A stretch of 64,000 nucleotides of DNA from Octopus vulgaris (lineage: Eukaryota). A program made the translations under genes and the position numbers. Location of the stretch: the NCBI GenBank assembly GCA_951406725.2, contig OX597823.1, positions 111,910,001 to 111,974,000 on the forward strand. Direction: 5' to 3'. The notes below the pieces were generated by a model. That model saw nothing but the letters and a program-made list of their open reading frames with translations, was not told the origin of the DNA and searched no databases. Below, piece by piece: positions 27,470 through 40,825 of this stretch. Each line of letters starts with the position of its first letter. The first letter of the stretch is position 1.

Positions 27470-27854
27470 TGTATATGTATATATATATATACATACATAC
27501 ATATACACATTTATAAATGTGTGTATTATATATGTGTTTACAAATATACATATATGGCTATATATATTTATATATGCATATATATATATGTAAATATATA
27601 TATGCATATATATATATGTATGCATATATACATACATATATATATATGTATATACATAATAAATAGACATACATACATACACACACACGCATATATATAT
27701 ATATATATACACACAGGTATCAAACTGTTATTATGTCAAGTTTTGCGAGAATTTATTTGTCTCTCTGTGGAATGAAATGCAGTCTCACCACAGAAATTAT
27801 ATACCTGGATAAATACCTCTTTTGCATGCACCCCCCCCACACACGCACCTCGTA

Positions 27855-27907
<53 letters not shown>

Positions 27908-28359
27908 GTATATATGTATATATATATATATATTAGACAATTACAATGTATAGAGAAATTTATACATCGGCATATTTTTATTTCTACAGTCAGTAATAGC
28001 AACATATTTGACTTAAATGTGTCCAACGCACGTTTCTCCTGCATAGACGTCTTGCATTTGCATTTGCACCCAGTTACATTTAGCCTCTTATCAGCCGATG
28101 CAACTTTTCCCTGACTAAATCAGTGGCTGTACATTGAATAAAGTTGCATAGACCAATAACCAGATGAATGTAATTGCCTTGGATATATACACTTTTTATA
28201 ATCCAGTGAAGTTAACCTAGGATTTACCCATTGAATAAAATACATTGGGATTGCTTCTCTTGGATAATCTTAATTGCTCCTTAGCACTTAATGTTGTTAG
28301 CCATAACTTGGATGACAACTGAGTGCCTGAGTGCTACCTGCCTGGATACTTTATACCTA

Positions 28360-28500
28360 TGTAGGAAGGGCATCCAGCAGTAGAAACATTGCCAGATCAA
28401 ACTGGGCCTGGTGCAGCCTTCTGGCTTCCCAGACCCCAGTTGAACCATCCAACCCATGATAGCATGGAAAGCGGATGCTAAACGATGATGATGATGATGA
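28360..28500 (+). mobile_element. Family D short retroelement, 3' part
   Basis: aggaagggcatccagc..ccaacccatgatagcatgg..aaacgatgatgatg. Confidence 0.85.
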
Positions 28501-28519
28501 TATATATATATATATATAA

Positions 28520-29045
28520 ATACAAAATGGGACAAGAACGCAAAACATCTGGACAACTAAGTGATACAAAAAAGGACAACAAAACATCCAGATAGACGAT
28601 ACAAAAAACCAATGATGAGTCTTTCGAAGCTTTCTATCCTCAGTCAAGAACCAGATCATCCTCGCAGTTTTGGCTTACTAATCTTGAGATTGCTCCAATC
28701 TGCCCAGCCCCAAGGAAAAACTAAGCTAAGAGCATTAGATTCCTTGGAAGAAAGCAACGAATGTATACAAAAACAAGGACGGAAAAACAGACAAGGGTAC
28801 ACAAATATAAATACAATAATTGCAATACAAATACGATAAAAATAATAACAATGATAACAGGATATAACAACAGGTGTCTTTCGACTGGGGTTGAATTGAA
28901 TTAAGCTGGCGCATGTGGAAATGAAGCCTTACGGCAGAGATACAAAGGTTTCACAAACACAGGGAAGAATATCGATGATGCATGCACAACGGTCAGACTC
29001 TGAAAGAGTGAGCAGTAGACCGATCAGTCACGTGAGAAAAGAAGA
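28520..29045 (-). mobile_element. Unclassified interspersed repeat between (TA)n runs, same family as 15200-15412
   Basis: Internal homology to 15200-15412; weak hammerhead-like ttga-CTGAGGA..GAAAG on minus strand at ~28610-28648. Confidence 0.6.
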
Positions 29046-29309
29046 TATATATATATATATATACACACTTGGCTATGTATTTATCATCAGTCATCTATCA
29101 AAATATCTCTCTGATGATCGCTCTGACGATGTCATTGCAACATATGTTTCACTTTCTCTGTGTATATATATGTGTGTACACCCATACATACACAAAAATG
29201 TTCACACCCAAACAAATTTGTGCATTAATAGATATTTATGCATGTGTATGCATGTAAGCTCATGCATATATAACTATGAATATATGTATATATATATATA
29301 TATATATGC

Positions 29310-29661
29310 AGGTATCGTTGCCAGAGTGGCTACCTGGCCTCTGTGCCGGTGGCACGTAAAAAACACCATTCGAGCGTGATTGTTACCAGCATCGCCTTAC
29401 TGGCACCTGCACCGGTGGCGTGTGTAAAAGATTCGAGCGAGTGATTGTTGCCAGTGCCGCCTGCCTGGACCCGTGCCGGTAGCACATAAAAGCATCCACT
29501 ACAGTCTCGGGGTGGTTGGCGTTAGGAAGGGCATCCAGCTGTAGAAACTCTGCCAGATCAAGATTGAAGCTTGGTGCAGCCATCTGGTTTGCCAGCCCTC
29601 AGTCATACGTCCAACCCATGCCAGCATGAAAAGCGGACGTTAAACGATGATGATGATGATA
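29310..29661 (+). mobile_element. Family D short retroelement with internal repeats
   Basis: Repeated ccggtggcacgtaaaa motif, ttggcgttaggaagggcatccagctg, (GAT)n tail. Confidence 0.85.
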
Positions 29662-29939
29662 TACATTCATACACATACATCTATTTATATATGTTCTTGT
29701 ATATATCAGCATGCATCCTCTATGTTGTTCAAATAAATGCCTCTGGCCACTCCAAATTATTTCTCTCAGCTCATTTTTGTTAAATTTATGCCAATCATAA
29801 ATGTGTCCTTCTTTTTTTTGTATATGTGTTTGTGTCTTTTATGTTGAAATTAAGGAAGGCCAATTACTCTGCTGATGAGATCCATTGGTGCAAAAATTTG
29901 CATCGACAGCTGTCCTCTTCTTATAAGACAATGACGATT

Positions 29940-30095
29940 TTGGCTGTGTGGTAAGAAGCTTCCTTACGAACCACATGGTTCTGGGTTCAGTCCCACTGCA
30001 TAGCACCTTGGGCAAGTGTCATCTGCTATAGCTTCGGTCCGATCAAAGCCTTGTGAGTGGATTTGGTAGACAGAAGCTGAAAGAAGCCCGTTGTA

Positions 30096-30142
<47 letters not shown>

Positions 30143-30357
30143 GTGTGTATATTGTTTGTGTGTCTGTGTTTGTCACCCCAACATCGCTTGACAACTGATG
30201 CTGGTGTGTTTACGTCCCCGTAACTTAGCGGTTCGGCAATAAGTACTAGGCTTGCAAAGAATAAGTCCTGGGGTCGATTTGCTCGACTAAAAGCGGTGCT
30301 CCAGCATGGCCACAGTCAAATGACTGAAACAGGTGAAAGAGTAAAGAGTAAAAGAGT
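29940..30357 (+). mobile_element. SINE family A, near full length
   Basis: tggctgtgtggtaag to gagtaaaagagtaaaagag. Confidence 0.93.
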
Positions 30358-31306
30358 TGTACTGATAAGATATTTCTGCATGTGTGTCAGCAGTGTGATT
30401 ATTTCGGTTAGTTAAAGAAGATGGAAATAACTCAAATTCTGTCGAGAGTTAAAATTTTTTTTATGAAAACAAACTGTTTTGTCCTTACCACAAATGACAG
30501 AAAGGTTATTTACACAGTACAACAGTTCAACAATTGGTATGAATGGGAAATTTGAGTGGGCTGGTAAGTAACATCATAAGTGTAAAATCCCACTGGAACG
30601 ATTTTGTTGATTCCAGCAGCTTTTTGGTTTAGCCATATTGTTGTCTTTCTTACCTATTGGTCTTCAGGGTACAACCAGACTTGTGCTACAACTTCTTGCT
30701 AGTGGCAAAAGAAAGCTCTACTTATACCTATTCCTTTCAAAGAGGAAACGGTGCCAAAAGATGTAATTGTTAATGGAATCCATTTTACTAGATATATGAC
30801 TGGTCATCAATAATTGAATGAATTGTGTTCATATTGCATAATTGTTTTTGCTCAAGTTTCAGTAATCCAGATTCAAGTTCTAAGTGTTCTGAGACTACCA
30901 AATATTTCTGCTACACCTTTATGATCCATTCATCCATTTTTACAGTTCACTATTCCTGAAAGGATCATTGTAGTGAAATCTCAGACACCTTCTCCATACG
31001 GTCCTATCAGAAGCAACCAGCATTAAAGATTCACAAAGTGACATAAATTATTCTATTACATATTTCAATATAACCTAAATAATTTTGATTATTTTTAAAT
31101 GAACCAAAAGTAAATTTATTCAATTAAAGTGAACTTGTTGTCTAGAAAAACAGGAATGATTTTCTTGGTCACCTCATATTTAAGAATAACTGGTTTTGGT
31201 ATGACAGAGCTAGAAATTTCCTTTTATAGAATATACAACTTGATATTCATGCAAACTGGTGCTTGATAAAAGTTAATCCCTACAAGATGATTGTGAATAA
31301 AGTAAA

Positions 31307-31590
31307 CAGCTCTTCAATATCCTCCCGAAGAACCTGAGAGACCTGCATGGGGTGGATGCAGATGTCCTTAAAATAAAGCAGGACCTCTTCCTGTCAGGTG
31401 TCCCAGATGAACCAACTTCACGGCAGGAGGTGCAGATGAGGGCAGCTGCATCGAACTCTCTCATGCACCAAATGTCAATTGCTAAAAGGCATTTGTGAAG
31501 TAAAATCATGTAGCAACACCAAATGGCAGTGCCCCAGCATGGCCACAGCTCATGAGCTGAAACTAGATGAAATGAAATGAAATAAAATAA
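31307..31590 (+). mobile_element. CR1/L2-group LINE 3' end (ORF2 C-terminus, 3' UTR, repeat tail)
   Basis: Open frame QLFNILPKNLRDLHGVDADVLKIKQDLFLSGVPDEPTSRQEVQMRAAASNSLMHQMSIAKRHL*, short UTR with hairpin and (TGAAA)n tail. Confidence 0.75.
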
Positions 31591-32859
31591 AGAGAAATGA
31601 TCTGTCATTGGCAGCAGAAATCAAACGTTTTGGATATTTATTCATCTTCAGACAAAAAAAAATATAGATACTAATATCATGGTTGAAAAATTATAGATCC
31701 TATACTTTTTTATATATAAAGAACAAATGACCAAAGCTTTGTATATTTCATGCTTCTTGGCAATCGATTTAATGTACTTCATTTGTAATCTACAAACTTT
31801 TATAAATATTTTAGGCTGGACTTGAATATTTCAAGACAAGAAGCTCCGTATTCATCCATTTTGACTTCATAGAGTTCATGTTGATATTAACAGTGTTTCT
31901 GATGTCAGTGCAATTCGTGTTACTGCTCCTACTAATGTAGCTGCTATTCAACCCTACTTTGGCTCTTGTCAAGTTGACAATAATCAAAAGGTGTTTTAGA
32001 CTAACCATAAAGCATTTCTGTTTTTAAATATCAAGGACTATACTGTCAAATGCATTTGTTTAAGATGGTAGAGTGCTATATGGGTGAGATTTCGGTGCTA
32101 TTTCAAGCAAATTGACTAACTGAATAGAGAGTGTCATCAGCCTAAGTTTTTGAACAGTTCCCTCTGGTATGCTACGTTGCAGACTTCAAAACCAAACTGA
32201 GCTGAATCCTAGACAAAAAGGTTTAGAGATCAAAAATAGTATATCTTCCACAGAGCACATTTACTTTCCGCTGTTCAAAAGTTCTAATTTTTTGTATTTC
32301 ATTCGCAATACATCTGGTTTCTTTAATGAGACAGGTCTACGAAAATGGCTCAAAGCTCAGGGCACAAAGGCAAATGGAATCATAACAGTCATCAGCCTTT
32401 CTGCAGTCTTCTTGACCCACAACAAAAAGCAGCAAAATTTCCCTCACATCTTAGTCTGCTATTTTGAAAGAAGGACACATGATTACTGTAGTACGAAATG
32501 TACACTGCTTGACAAAAAGTTGTAAGGGTCATGAATGGAATGGTTTTGCTCATTAGTCTGATCAGACAGGTTTAACCTCTGGCTGGACAACAACACAACT
32601 TGACTGTTTGAGGCTTCTATTTCACAATTCTTCACAATTTTCAAGTGTGAGTTCAAATGCACCATACAAGTATTAAGGCCCCCATTCAATTCTTTTATAA
32701 AATATGTTGATATTATATATTTAGTAATTTTATGTGATATGATTACTTAAAATAAAAAAAAATACATACATTACATACTTTTGAATTTGTTTTTGACTTC
32801 AAGTTTTTAGTGTTAGGTGTTAAATTCATTATTAGGAATGGAAGAGAATTCTTCAAATT

Positions 32860-33650
32860 TTTAATCTTCCTTTTCTTTTTTAATCAGTCTCATGGAAGGA
32901 AATGTTTGTTCACATCTGTACATCGTTCCTAAATAATAGATATAATCTGGATAAATTTTCTTAGTTCTGAAAAATATTCATGAGGGAATCTCTGCCAGAA
33001 ATTAATCATGTCAGCAGCAATTTGTAACTGATGGAAACTCTTCAAATTTCATTTCAATAATGAATTTTGTTTTCATAAGTTCCATTTGCCTTATGTAACT
33101 TACGCATTTTCAGGATTTATTTTTTTGTTAAATTTGTTACAAACCTATTTGCAGTTTAAGAAAAAAAATTACTTTCAAATAACTATTGCAATAACATGGT
33201 TTCTGATTTCAACATATTTACATAAAATTCCCCATATCCTCAGCCCGTTTACTCTGGTCTTCCAAGTGCAGAAATTATTTCAAATCTTTTCAACTGAATC
33301 ATGATGAACCTTTTTAATTTCATATTGAATGCATTGATGTCACTCGCTACACTCGGAAACAAACTGTTCTTGTCCTGTAGTTTCAAATTTAGACCAGAGC
33401 TAGCTGGTTAATTAACTAGAAATGCTAATTCAATTAATCAACTGTTATTACATAAAAGACCTCTTTGGGCAGTTCATATTTCTTTTCTAGAAAATTATTG
33501 AAATATGGTTTCAATTTAGCATCATTTATCCATATATAAATTCTTTGAAAAGGGAAATTTGTCTTCATTCTTAAGATATTTTTATCACTAAGTCATTTTA
33601 CAAATACTTGAAGACAAGGTTTAATGATTTCTTATCCATCAGAAAAGGCT
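32860..33650 (-). mobile_element. Decayed hAT (Buster/SPIN-like) transposase C-terminal half
   Basis: ELAFLVN..LNLKLQDKN..INAFNMKLK and dimerisation-domain-like NFWQRFPHEYFSELRKF..GTMYRCEQTFPSMRLIK with frameshifts. Confidence 0.75.
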
Positions 33651-33824
33651 TTCCAACACTTAAACTATGTTATAGGATATTTCTTTCATCAAACTTCGAT
33701 AATTTCTCTCAACAAATATATTTCATCTTTGATTCCTCCCTTATTACTTAGTCTTCCAAAGACTAAGAAACTTCTAAAGTTCTGTAACTAACTGCAGTAT
33801 TTTTTCTATTTTGGTCTGATTCTT

Positions 33825-34012
33825 TCGTTTCTTGTATCTATTGACTGCAGCCATGCTGGAGCACCACATTTAGTTGAACAACTTGACTCCAGGACTTATT
33901 CTTTGTAAAACCTAGTACTTATTCTATCGATCTCTTTTGCCAAACCACTAAGTTATGGGACGTAAACACACCAACATTGGTTGTCAAACGATGGTGATGG
34001 AACAAATAACAG

Positions 34013-34044
<32 letters not shown>

Positions 34045-34314
34045 GAATGTATATATATGTGTATATATATATATAATATGTATGTATATATACATATGTA
34101 TATATTATGTATGTATATTTATGTGTGTATATATATATATGTATGTATGTATATACGATGAGCTTCCTTCAGTTTCTGTCTACCAAATCCATTCATAAGG
34201 CTTTGGTCAGCCTGAGGCTATAGTAGATGACACTTGCCCAAGGTGCCATGCAGTGAGACTGAACCAGGAACCATGTGGTCGGGAAGCAAGCTTCTTACCA
34301 CATAGTCACTCCTG
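33825..34314 (-). mobile_element. SINE family A with expanded internal TA-rich repeat
   Basis: Tail ttgactgcagccatgctggagc; head ccacatagtcactcctgc. Confidence 0.9.
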
Positions 34315-34611
34315 CATTGTTATAATTGTGCATTGCTTTCAGTATTAGTATGAGTAGTTTAAAATATTGGTGTGTGCAGGGGTTCCTGCAGTTTGAGGTG
34401 TTTTAGGTGGATGTCTGCAATTTTCTATGGTCTCAAGATGTTTTTAAGACTTTAGATTCCCTTATAGCTTCTTGGGTGTTTAATGGAAGGAAGGGTTAAA
34501 ACACTTGTCTCAGGCAAAGGTAGGTATTTCTTGAAAACCAGGCAGCCATGTAGAGGCTTCCTAAATGGGCGGTACTTGTTGTTGCTGTTGTTGTTATTAC
34601 ATATCATATTC

Positions 34612-34820
34612 TAAGGCAACGAGCTGGCAGAATTATTAGCATGCCAGGCAAAATGCTTAACTATTTCATCCACAGTTACATACCGAGTTAAATTCCGCCA
34701 AGGTCGACTTTGCCTTTCATTCTTTTATGGTTGATAAATTAAGTACCAGTGAAATACTGGGTTCAATGCAATCGACTAGCTCTCTCCCCCAAAATCCAAG
34801 GCCTGTAGTAGAAAGGATTA
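34612..34820 (+). mobile_element. SINE family C (Nin/Deu-like central domain)
   Basis: gagctggcagaa..ttccgccaaggtcgactttgcctttcat..gataaattaagtaccagt..gaaaggatta. Confidence 0.85.
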
Positions 34821-36274
34821 TATATCATATTCTATTTGTTGTTGCTTTTGTAGATGATTTTGGTATGTTTTTTCCTGTTTTATTGTCACTGGTGTAGCTG
34901 TCGCATCTTTGGTTTTTGTTCCTTATTTCTGCTATTATTGTTATTAGTCTTGTAATTGTCTTTGCCCTGAGTGATGGAGGTCTTTGTAGTTTAGCCACAG
35001 GTTCAACCAGATAAGAGCAAATCAGTGATCAAAGACTTTTTAGCCAAAGTTTGAAGGCAATTATTTTGAAATATATTTTTCCCTACTTGTAATACAGTGG
35101 AGTGTGATTTGGCCCAAAACTTCGTTGCTATTTCTAGCAGGTCAAGCAATCACAAAAAATTTCTTTGATGGCCTGGAAGTAACCCTCATTGACTGTTGTT
35201 TTATTATTGTAGTCGTTGTTGTTGGTGATGGTAGTGGTGGTGGTGCTATCACCATTATTCTTGTTTTTTATTACTATTGTTTATCACTATTGTTGTATTG
35301 TTGTTGTTGTTGATGGTGGTGGTGGTGGTAGCTTTGGTAATGATTTTGTTGAGTTTTATTTCTTATTGTTGTCAAAGTCGTTGTTGTTGTTGTTGTTGTT
35401 GTTGGAATTGTAATTGCTGTTGCCACTGGTCTCACAGTTGTTGGTCATAATATCATTATTCCTGTTCTTGTTGTTGTTGTTAATCTCCAGCTTCCAACAA
35501 TTACCTCTAGTTTCAGCTCAGTTCTTCATATAATCGGTGATGTCGTCTGTTTCCTTCATGTTACACTTCATTGCACTGTACTACATCCCACACTGCAGCT
35601 AATAAGCCATCATCATCATCATCATCATTGCCGTCGTCGTCATCATCATCACCATCATCATAATCATCATCATCACCATCATCATTGTTTTGATTGTTGT
35701 CATCTTCACCATCAACACTATCATCATCATCATCATCACCATCATCATTGTTTTGATTGTTGTCATCGTCACCATCATCATCATCATTATCATTGTCCTC
35801 ATCCTCATCATCCACGCCCTCCCCATCATCCTCGCCCTCATCGGCAGCACCAGTATTATTAGACAATAAACGTATTTGTCAAATAGACTGGAACATTTTC
35901 TCAAGCTCAATATGCCATTTAGCATCACTTCCTACTTCATCTGTGACATTGGAAATATCTTCTGACAAAATCATTTTAATAATTTTTTTTCTATTTTAGC
36001 TTTTGCCCACCTCCTCCATGCAATCCTCACCATAGCCCCTTTTTTATTTCTCTCACTCCCTACCCTTCTCATTCTCACCCTTTGTTCCTCATTTCTTCCA
36101 CCTCATAACTTTCATATTATTTTTTTTATTTATTTTCACTTTTTACTTATGTTTTGATTTAAAATTTATTTTTACTTTTAACTTTCTATTTTCTGTTTCA
36201 CAATTGTCTTCATGATATATGCATTTGTATGAGAGCATACAACATGCATGAATATATATATGTGTGTGTTTGTG

Positions 36275-36369
<95 letters not shown>

Positions 36370-36443
36370 CATATATATATACACATAGACAAATGGATAC
36401 ATAGATATATATTTATGCATATATATGTAACTATATATATATG

Positions 36444-36527
<84 letters not shown>

Positions 36528-37174
36528 AGAGAGAGATAGATAGATATAGATACACATATATATATATGCACATATATACACATGCACACACACACACACT
36601 TATTTTTACGACAACCCACGCCGTCATGGAGAGGGAGCATAAAAAATGACGATGGTGATGATGATGGTGATGATGATGGTGGTGATAATGATATACATAC
36701 ATACATACATATATACACACACACATGTGCACGTGTGGACACACGCGCACACACATGCACACACCCGAACACAACCACATGTAGTATGTCTCAATTGTTA
36801 ATGCCTTTTGTGTTTTCATTTTGTCCTTTTTATTCCTAAATATTATTTGTTTGTATTTATCATTTATTTTAACCCAATGCATTTTAGTTGGGTAAATGGG
36901 AAGAAGTGACATCTTTGTATTCATTTTTTATTAAATTTCATGTAAACTTTTGCTTCTTATGTTAACATACAAAGCAAAAATTCTTATATAAAATATATTA
37001 GCACACATAATATTGATATATTTATTGCCTTATTATAGTTAATGTTGATATTGGTGATATTGTTAGAATATATAGAAAGGAAAAAGCAGAAACTATAGAC
37101 AGAAATCTCATAAACACACACTCTCATAAAAACACATATATATGTGTGAGTATATATATATATATATATATATA

Positions 37175-38410
37175 CAGGGTGTTCCCCCAAAAGTATACAC
37201 ACTTGAACAGCTGATAACTTATTTTGCTTTCATTTCTTTTTATATTTAACCCAATAGAAATAAAGAGAGACTTAATTTAAGACAAAGAACATGTCTTCTA
37301 AAGTGCTACTGGAAGTTTGAAAATGCAATCAAAGGGCAAAGACAGTTTAAGAGGGAGTTTCAAACAGATCCCACTATGTGACTGATTATCATTTGATTTC
37401 GAGATAGGTTTGGAGTAAAGAAAACTGTTAAGAATGACCCCGAGAAACGTTTTGGAAGACTATGGACAGTGATGAGCCTCTCAAAGCAAGAAAGGGTACT
37501 TAGAAACATTGTCAGAGTTCATGAAAAGGTGTGCAGTTAATGCGTCATGAAATAGAAATTTCAAAATCAAGAGTCCATTGCATTTTGAAGCATTGTCGTT
37601 GGAAATCTTACTCTTGAAGAACAGTCCTTGTCCTCAATGAAGATGATCCAGAGGGATGAATAGTGCTTTGCACAATGTATATGGCAAGATGTGTAAAAGA
37701 ACACACACTTTCTAACAATGATTTTGGGGTGATGAAGCTACTTTTAAATTAAATGGTTCAATCAAAAGCCACAGTTGCACCTACTTCATATTACAGTGGA
37801 ACATCGTTTTAATTTGCCAAGAATTACAGTATGATGTGACCTATCATTAAAAAGATTAAATGAGCCATTCTTTTGTGATGATTCTGTGACTGACCCCCAT
37901 TTACTTGAACTTGGTGCAACACTCTATCAGTCCAAACCTTTAGAGGTCTTTGAAGATGTGGAATTTTACTTCCAGCGTGATGTGGCCCCCCAACACTAAT
38001 ATAGATGTGTAAAGGCCTACATTGATGAGGTTTTGTCCAGCGAGTGAAATGGATGAAGAGGACCAGTAGAAAACATTTTGTGTTCACTGGACTTCATACC
38101 ACTAAAACTTTTTTTTTTGTGAGGATACTTAAAAGGTCCTTTTCTGAAAACTTTACATTAAACATTTTAAAGTTTACATAAAAAATCAGAAAACTGCTGA
38201 TGAATTGAAAACATCTTTTGAACAAGAATGTGCTCATGTGTGAATACAAGATGTAACCAGATGTTTGTAATTCCATTGCTTCACATTATTAGATGGGCCT
38301 GAATCAGAACGGTCATTAGTTTCTGAAGAAGAATACATACAAATATTTAATTCTGTCTGAAGATTCTATCAAAATTTGGAAATAAAATGTTTTTACTGAG
38401 CACTGATTTT
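37175..38410 (+). mobile_element. Tc1/mariner transposon remnant (DD41D-like), heavily decayed
   Basis: TA+cagggtg TIR-like start; collinear with 53280-54800 (agggagtttcaaacagat, gatgaagctacttttaaattaaatgg, gatgtttgtaattccattgct). Confidence 0.8.
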
Positions 38411-38414
38411 GTAA

Positions 38415-38808
38415 TCTCTTTACTCTTTACTATTTTACTTGTTTCAGTCATGTGACTGTGACCATGCTGGAGCATCACCTTTAGTCGAGCAAATCAACTC
38501 CAGGACTTATTCTTTGTAAGCCTAGTACTTATTCTATCTGTCTCTTTGCTGAACAACTAAGTTACAGGGATGTAAACACACCAGCATTGGTCGTCAAGCA
38601 ATGTTGGGGAGACAAACGCAGACACACATATACACACACATACATATATACGACGGGCTTCTTTCAGTTTCCATCTACCAAATCCATTCACAAGGCTTTG
38701 GTCGGCCCCAGGCTATAGTAGAAGACACTTGCCAAGGTGCCACGCAGTGGGACTGAACCCAGAACCATGTGGTTCGTAAGCAAGCTACTTACCACACAGC
38801 CACTGCTA
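38415..38808 (-). mobile_element. SINE family A, full length
   Basis: Reverse complement of family consensus. Confidence 0.95.
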
Positions 38809-38841
38809 CATTACTCATTTACCCCCCACTATATCACTATG

Positions 38842-38889
<48 letters not shown>

Positions 38890-39239
38890 CACACATATAT
38901 ATATACATACATACACACATCTGCATACACACACACACACATACTCAAGAGGAAGTAAAAGCTATGCATACTTTCACCAAATCTTTCTTCAGGTTGACCA
39001 TATTGCTTTCAGTGTTTGCATGTTAAAAGGTGGTTATGTAACCGAAGTTTGGCCTTGATCACTTGTATTTTCTTTCTCATGTTGCAGAGTAGACATGGCC
39101 CCTCTGTTGGCAGCATGCACCAAGGAGATCCAGAGATCAGTGATCCAATTTCTTCATTCTGAAGGTGTGTCAGAGACTGAAATTTATCATAGTACAATAT
39201 GTGGATGATGCTCTACTGTGTAGCAGTATGAGAGGATCA

Positions 39240-40330
39240 AGAAGTCTTAAAATGTCTGGACAAGCATGGAGAACTGGTGTGAAGATTAACAAGTTCATGT
39301 GAGAGTTCTGGCAAACTGATGAGTGACCATCAATGAAGCGGCATATTCTCTGCTAATTAGTCATGGTTCTGCATACAGAATCATCCTCAAGGTTTGCTTC
39401 CATAAAGACTGTGTGAGATGAGTGTCAAGAGAGCTTACTGAAGAGCATAAGTGCGACTCTATGGAGATCTGTTAATTCTAATTTGACCACTAAAATGATA
39501 AAAGTGAAGTTTTAGAGAGGATAGTCACAGACCTGGGTCCAGTATGTTAAGCCAGAATCCAAAAGGCAGAATATAGAGTGGAAACAATCAGAATAACTAG
39601 TTCAAAAGAAATTCAAGACTCAACCTTATGCAGAAAAAGTGATGCTTACTGTTTTTTTGGTGGGGATGCAAAATGTCCTATACTAGAATGTAACCTGGAA
39701 AAGGGGTCTACAGTCACCAGTGTAGGCTATAGGGATGTGCTGGCCAAGAAAATGAAACCAGAAATTTATGCCAAATGTCAAGGTCTGCTGTCGAAGCAAG
39801 TATTATTGTTGCATGACAAAGACAGCAAGCAGGCAGGACCATTAGCATGCTGGGTGAAATGCTTAGCGGTATTTCATCTGCCATTATGTTGTGAGTTCAA
39901 ATTCCGCCAAGGTCAACTTTGCCTGTCATCCTTTCTGGGTCGATAAATTAAGTACCAGTTATGCACTGAGGTCGATGTAATCGACTTAATTCGTTTTTCT
40001 GTCCTTGTTTGTCCACTCCGTATTTAGCCCCTTGTGGGTAGTAAAGAAATATGTATTTCGTCTGTCGTTACGTTCTGATTTCAAATTCCGCCGAGGTCAA
40101 CTTTGCCTTTCATCCTTTCGGGGTCAATAAATTAAGCACCTGTTGAGTATTGGGTTCTCTCTAAATTTCAGGCCTTTTGCCTAGAGTTGAAAGGATTATT
40201 GTTGCATGACAATGCACTGCCACAAACAGTTGCCCATACTATTGAAACCATTGAAAAAATAGTTTTGAGTTGTTTTTCTTTACCCATCAGAATTGGTCCC
40301 TCGTAAAGACCTCAGAGGCTAAGTTTGAAT
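39240..40330 (+). mobile_element. Mariner transposase remnant
   Basis: TWVQYVKPESKRQNIEWK..KKFKTQPYAEKVMLTVF..LEKGSTVTS..LLSKQVLLLHDN; split by SINE insertion. Confidence 0.85.
39820..40194 (+). mobile_element. Dimeric SINE family C with 18-bp target-site duplication
   Basis: Two ttcaaattccgcc.aggtcaactttgcct units; TSD attattgttgcatgacaa at 39802-39819 and 40195-40212. Confidence 0.9.
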
Positions 40331-40411
40331 CATTTGAGTGCTACTAAGTGTTTTCTGTACCAAGAATCACTGGATCTCATCTGTGTGTGTGTGTGTGTAA
40401 ACACACACATA

Positions 40412-40825
40412 TAGGTGCAGGAGCAGCTGTGTAGTAAGTAGCTTGTTTACCAACCACATGGTTCCAGGTTCAGTTCCACTGCATGGCACCTTGGGCAAGT
40501 GTCTTCTACTATAGCACTGGGCCGACCAAAGCCCTGTGAGTGGATTTGGTAGACGGAAACTGAAAGAAGCCCGTCGTATATATGGATATATATATGTATA
40601 TGTGTGTGCATGTATGTTTTTGTGTCTGTGTTTGTCCCCCTAGCATTGCTTGACAACCGATGCTGGTGTGTTTATGTCCCCGTCACTTTGCGGTTCGGCA
40701 AAATAGACCGATAGAATAGGTACTGGGCTTACAAAGAATAAGTCCGGGGGGTCGAGTTGCTCGACTAAAGGCGGTGCTCCAGCATGGCCGCAGTCAAATG
40801 ACTGAAACAAGTAAAAGAGTAAAAG
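40412..40825 (+). mobile_element. SINE family A, full length
   Basis: aggtgcaggagcagctgtgtag to gaaacaagtaaaagagtaaaag. Confidence 0.95.

Noticed and set aside
27960-28280. Cys-rich minus-strand stretch suggestive of a Ginger-like transposase end
   Set aside because: Frameshifted and too short for confident recognition.
29869-29920. Hammerhead-like CTGATGA-gat..atc-GAC-AGCT-GTC
   Set aside because: GAAA core has lost two As and stem I is not evident; counted only as a degenerate relic.
35561-35970. Asp-rich minus-strand ORF with a possible upstream splice acceptor
   Set aside because: Mostly (GAT)n; the adjacent unique frame stops early and no homology or exon chain is recognisable.
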